This document shows, in pieces, positions 58,059 to 59,582 of a stretch of 59,582 nt of DNA. The notes beneath the pieces were generated by a model, which saw only the letters and a list, made by a program, of their open reading frames with translations, was not told where the DNA came from and searched no databases. The stretch is from positions 1-59,582 of the IMG/VR virus record IMGVR_UViG_3300025082_000008. One strand, given 5' to 3'. A program made the position numbers and the translations under genes. The DNA is from a virus (taxonomy: Duplodnaviria > Caudoviricetes). Positions within the stretch are counted from its first letter, which is position 1; every line of letters starts with the position of its first letter.

Positions 58059-59581
58059 GTAGTAATAGAGTCAGAAACTATAATATGAGCTACGAGCTTC
58101 TTCTAGACGCCATTAATGAGTTTGAGGGGTTCATAACAGGAGGAGGCCTGAATAACCAGCTCTTCGCGTATGGAATGGGCACAGATGTGTTCGGAACGCG
58201 GATGGAGGCGTTAACAAACTCAGAGGTGTCAGCTGAGGAGGCTATTTTCAAGGAGATAGGTACGAGGATCCTCGACAGGACAACAGGCGCGTTCTTCACT
58301 TTTGATGTGACGACAGGAAAAGCTGTTAAGAAGCTTCCCATTCCTGATAACATACAGAAGTATATAGAGATATATCACACAAATGTGGATATGGGTGCAT
58401 TTGAGACAACGTACGAGAGAGATGTGTTCAATAGAGCACACTACACAGATAAGATAGAAGAGTCTGAAATTTCAACTTCTGCTATGGCTGTTAGCACAAC
58501 AGACGCAGTCAGTCTTCATGCATGTATGGCGTCGATGCACCGCGAATCGCTTAGTAGGGCACCAAAGGCGCCAGATGATGACACAACCACAAAAGAGGGT
58601 AAGGATGAAGAAGCCAGGGCCATTTTCACTCATAACATTACAAATTTAGCTGATATCACGTGGGAAAGTCCTCTAACAAATCTATACGATGTGTCAGATC
58701 CACACAGGTACAGCACACCAAGTCTTGCAGCTTACGTGATGAAACACTCAAAACTTAATATGAGTTCAAAGAGGTCAAATCACTCATCTGTATTCTTTAA
58801 TGCGATAACGCCTCTTGAGATGTCACGTTGCTCACCATATATAAATCTTATTATAACTACACAGAAAATGAATCAGAACAAAATGTATAATAAGCTAAGC
58901 AACGTTGCGTTCATGAAATTCCTAAAGAAAGGTACTGGAGACGACTTTGTCCTCGACGAGGCTATCCTCGGCGGAGATTTGTATAAGCCTACGAGCGCAG
59001 ACGGCCCGCCTGATTTTTTTGAGATGCAAGATACAAATTTAAAGATAGATCACGGTTACATGGACATCTTCACAGCGCCACAGATGATGGCGAACGCGAA
59101 CATCAACGGTGCTGGGTCATTCGACTATCTCATGAAGGATGCTGGAAACCCATTTAACGTGTCACCTGTCCTTGATCCAATAGCACCGTTCTTGACGCTG
59201 AACTCCTTAATTGTATCAATTTCTGGAGCGGGATACGGAATCATGGCCTCTAAGGTGGCCTCTTTGAAACTGACACTCCACGACAGGAGTAGATTAAAAG
59301 ACCTAGCACCCCTTCTTGCCACAGACCAGTTCGCCACGACAAAGATAAGGGTTGAGTACGGATGGACACATCCAGACGCAGGGCCCACATCAAATAACAC
59401 TTTGGGGAATTATCTGGATGCGTTACGTGATGTAGGAATGTACACAGTCCACGGTTCAGACTATAACTTCGGTGGCGGAAATACAGTTGACATCAATATC
59501 AAACTTGCGTGCTCTGGGATCAATGAGTCCAAGACTATTCCAGCTGCATGTGGCATACACTCTCCCATGTTCATATTTAAG
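58055..59581 (+). CDS. Baseplate hub-like protein, truncated by the right window edge (absent from the ORF track)
   Basis: ATGA overlap at 58055-58; frame read by hand is open to the window end; ASLKLTLHD...IRVEYGWTHPD. Confidence 0.7.
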   Translation, partial: MSSNRVRNYNMSYELLLDAINEFEGFITGGGLNNQLFAYGMGTDVFGTRMEALTNSEVSAEEAIFKEIGTRILDRTTGAFFTFDVTTGKAVKKLPIPDNIQKYIEIYHTNVDMGAFETTYERDVFNRAHYTDKIEESEISTSAMAVSTTDAVSLHACMASMHRESLSRAPKAPDDDTTTKEGKDEEARAIFTHNITNLADITWESPLTNLYDVSDPHRYSTPSLAAYVMKHSKLNMSSKRSNHSSVFFNAITPLEMSRCSPYINLIITTQKMNQNKMYNKLSNVAFMKFLKKGTGDDFVLDEAILGGDLYKPTSADGPPDFFEMQDTNLKIDHGYMDIFTAPQMMANANINGAGSFDYLMKDAGNPFNVSPVLDPIAPFLTLNSLIVSISGAGYGIMASKVASLKLTLHDRSRLKDLAPLLATDQFATTKIRVEYGWTHPDAGPTSNNTLGNYLDALRDVGMYTVHGSDYNFGGGNTVDINIKLACSGINESKTIPAACGIHSPMFIFK

Positions 59582-59582
59582 G

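Noticed and set aside
170-59400. The many short minus-strand and nested ORFs in the track (e.g. 28600..29100, 31217..31714, 32998..33462, 39780..40217)
   Set aside because: They are shadows of long + strand genes, with no SD or recognisable motifs
43400-59582. Extracellular contractile injection system or tailocin (two sheaths, tube, LysM, hub)
   Set aside because: Terminase, portal, protease, capsid and neck genes are contiguous with it, so this is a phage tail
1-59582. Alternative genetic code (stop-codon reassignment)
   Set aside because: TAA, TAG and TGA all end genes at sensible boundaries, and core genes are full length under the standard code
1-59582. tRNA genes, CRISPR array, integrase or transposase
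   Set aside because: Intergenic gaps are short; I saw no cloverleaf, repeat-spacer pattern or recombinase motifs by eye

Overview
The window is a piece of a large, AT-rich, contractile-tailed dsDNA bacteriophage genome, distantly T4-like. It uses the standard genetic code and almost every gene is on the + strand. From left to right it contains: (i) 1-16 kb, large Ser/Thr/Gly-rich putative virion/baseplate-periphery proteins; (ii) 16-25.5 kb, a DNA-metabolism and accessory block with a RuvC-like resolvase, primase, a PAP2-phosphatase/Fic fusion, a MoxR-type AAA+ ATPase with a metallopeptidase-vWA partner, and a single-chain Mre11-Rad50 (SbcD-SbcC) fusion; (iii) 25.9-36.5 kb, the head module (terminase, portal, prohead protease, scaffold, major capsid protein); (iv) 36.5-40.2 kb, small accessory genes including dUTPase and a protein starting with a RecA N-terminal-like peptide; (v) 40.3-59.6 kb, neck, two tandem sheath genes, tube, tail chaperone with a probable programmed frameshift, tape measure and baseplate genes. 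The most notable observations are the PAP2-Fic fusion with both catalytic signatures intact, the RecA-N-terminus mimic, a shared candidate capsid-targeting helix, a pseudoknot-capable leader RNA, two recurring promoter-like motifs, and a [S/T]-[G/A/S]-S motif enriched in virion proteins. All assignments come from reading motifs and gene order by eye; no database searches were run.
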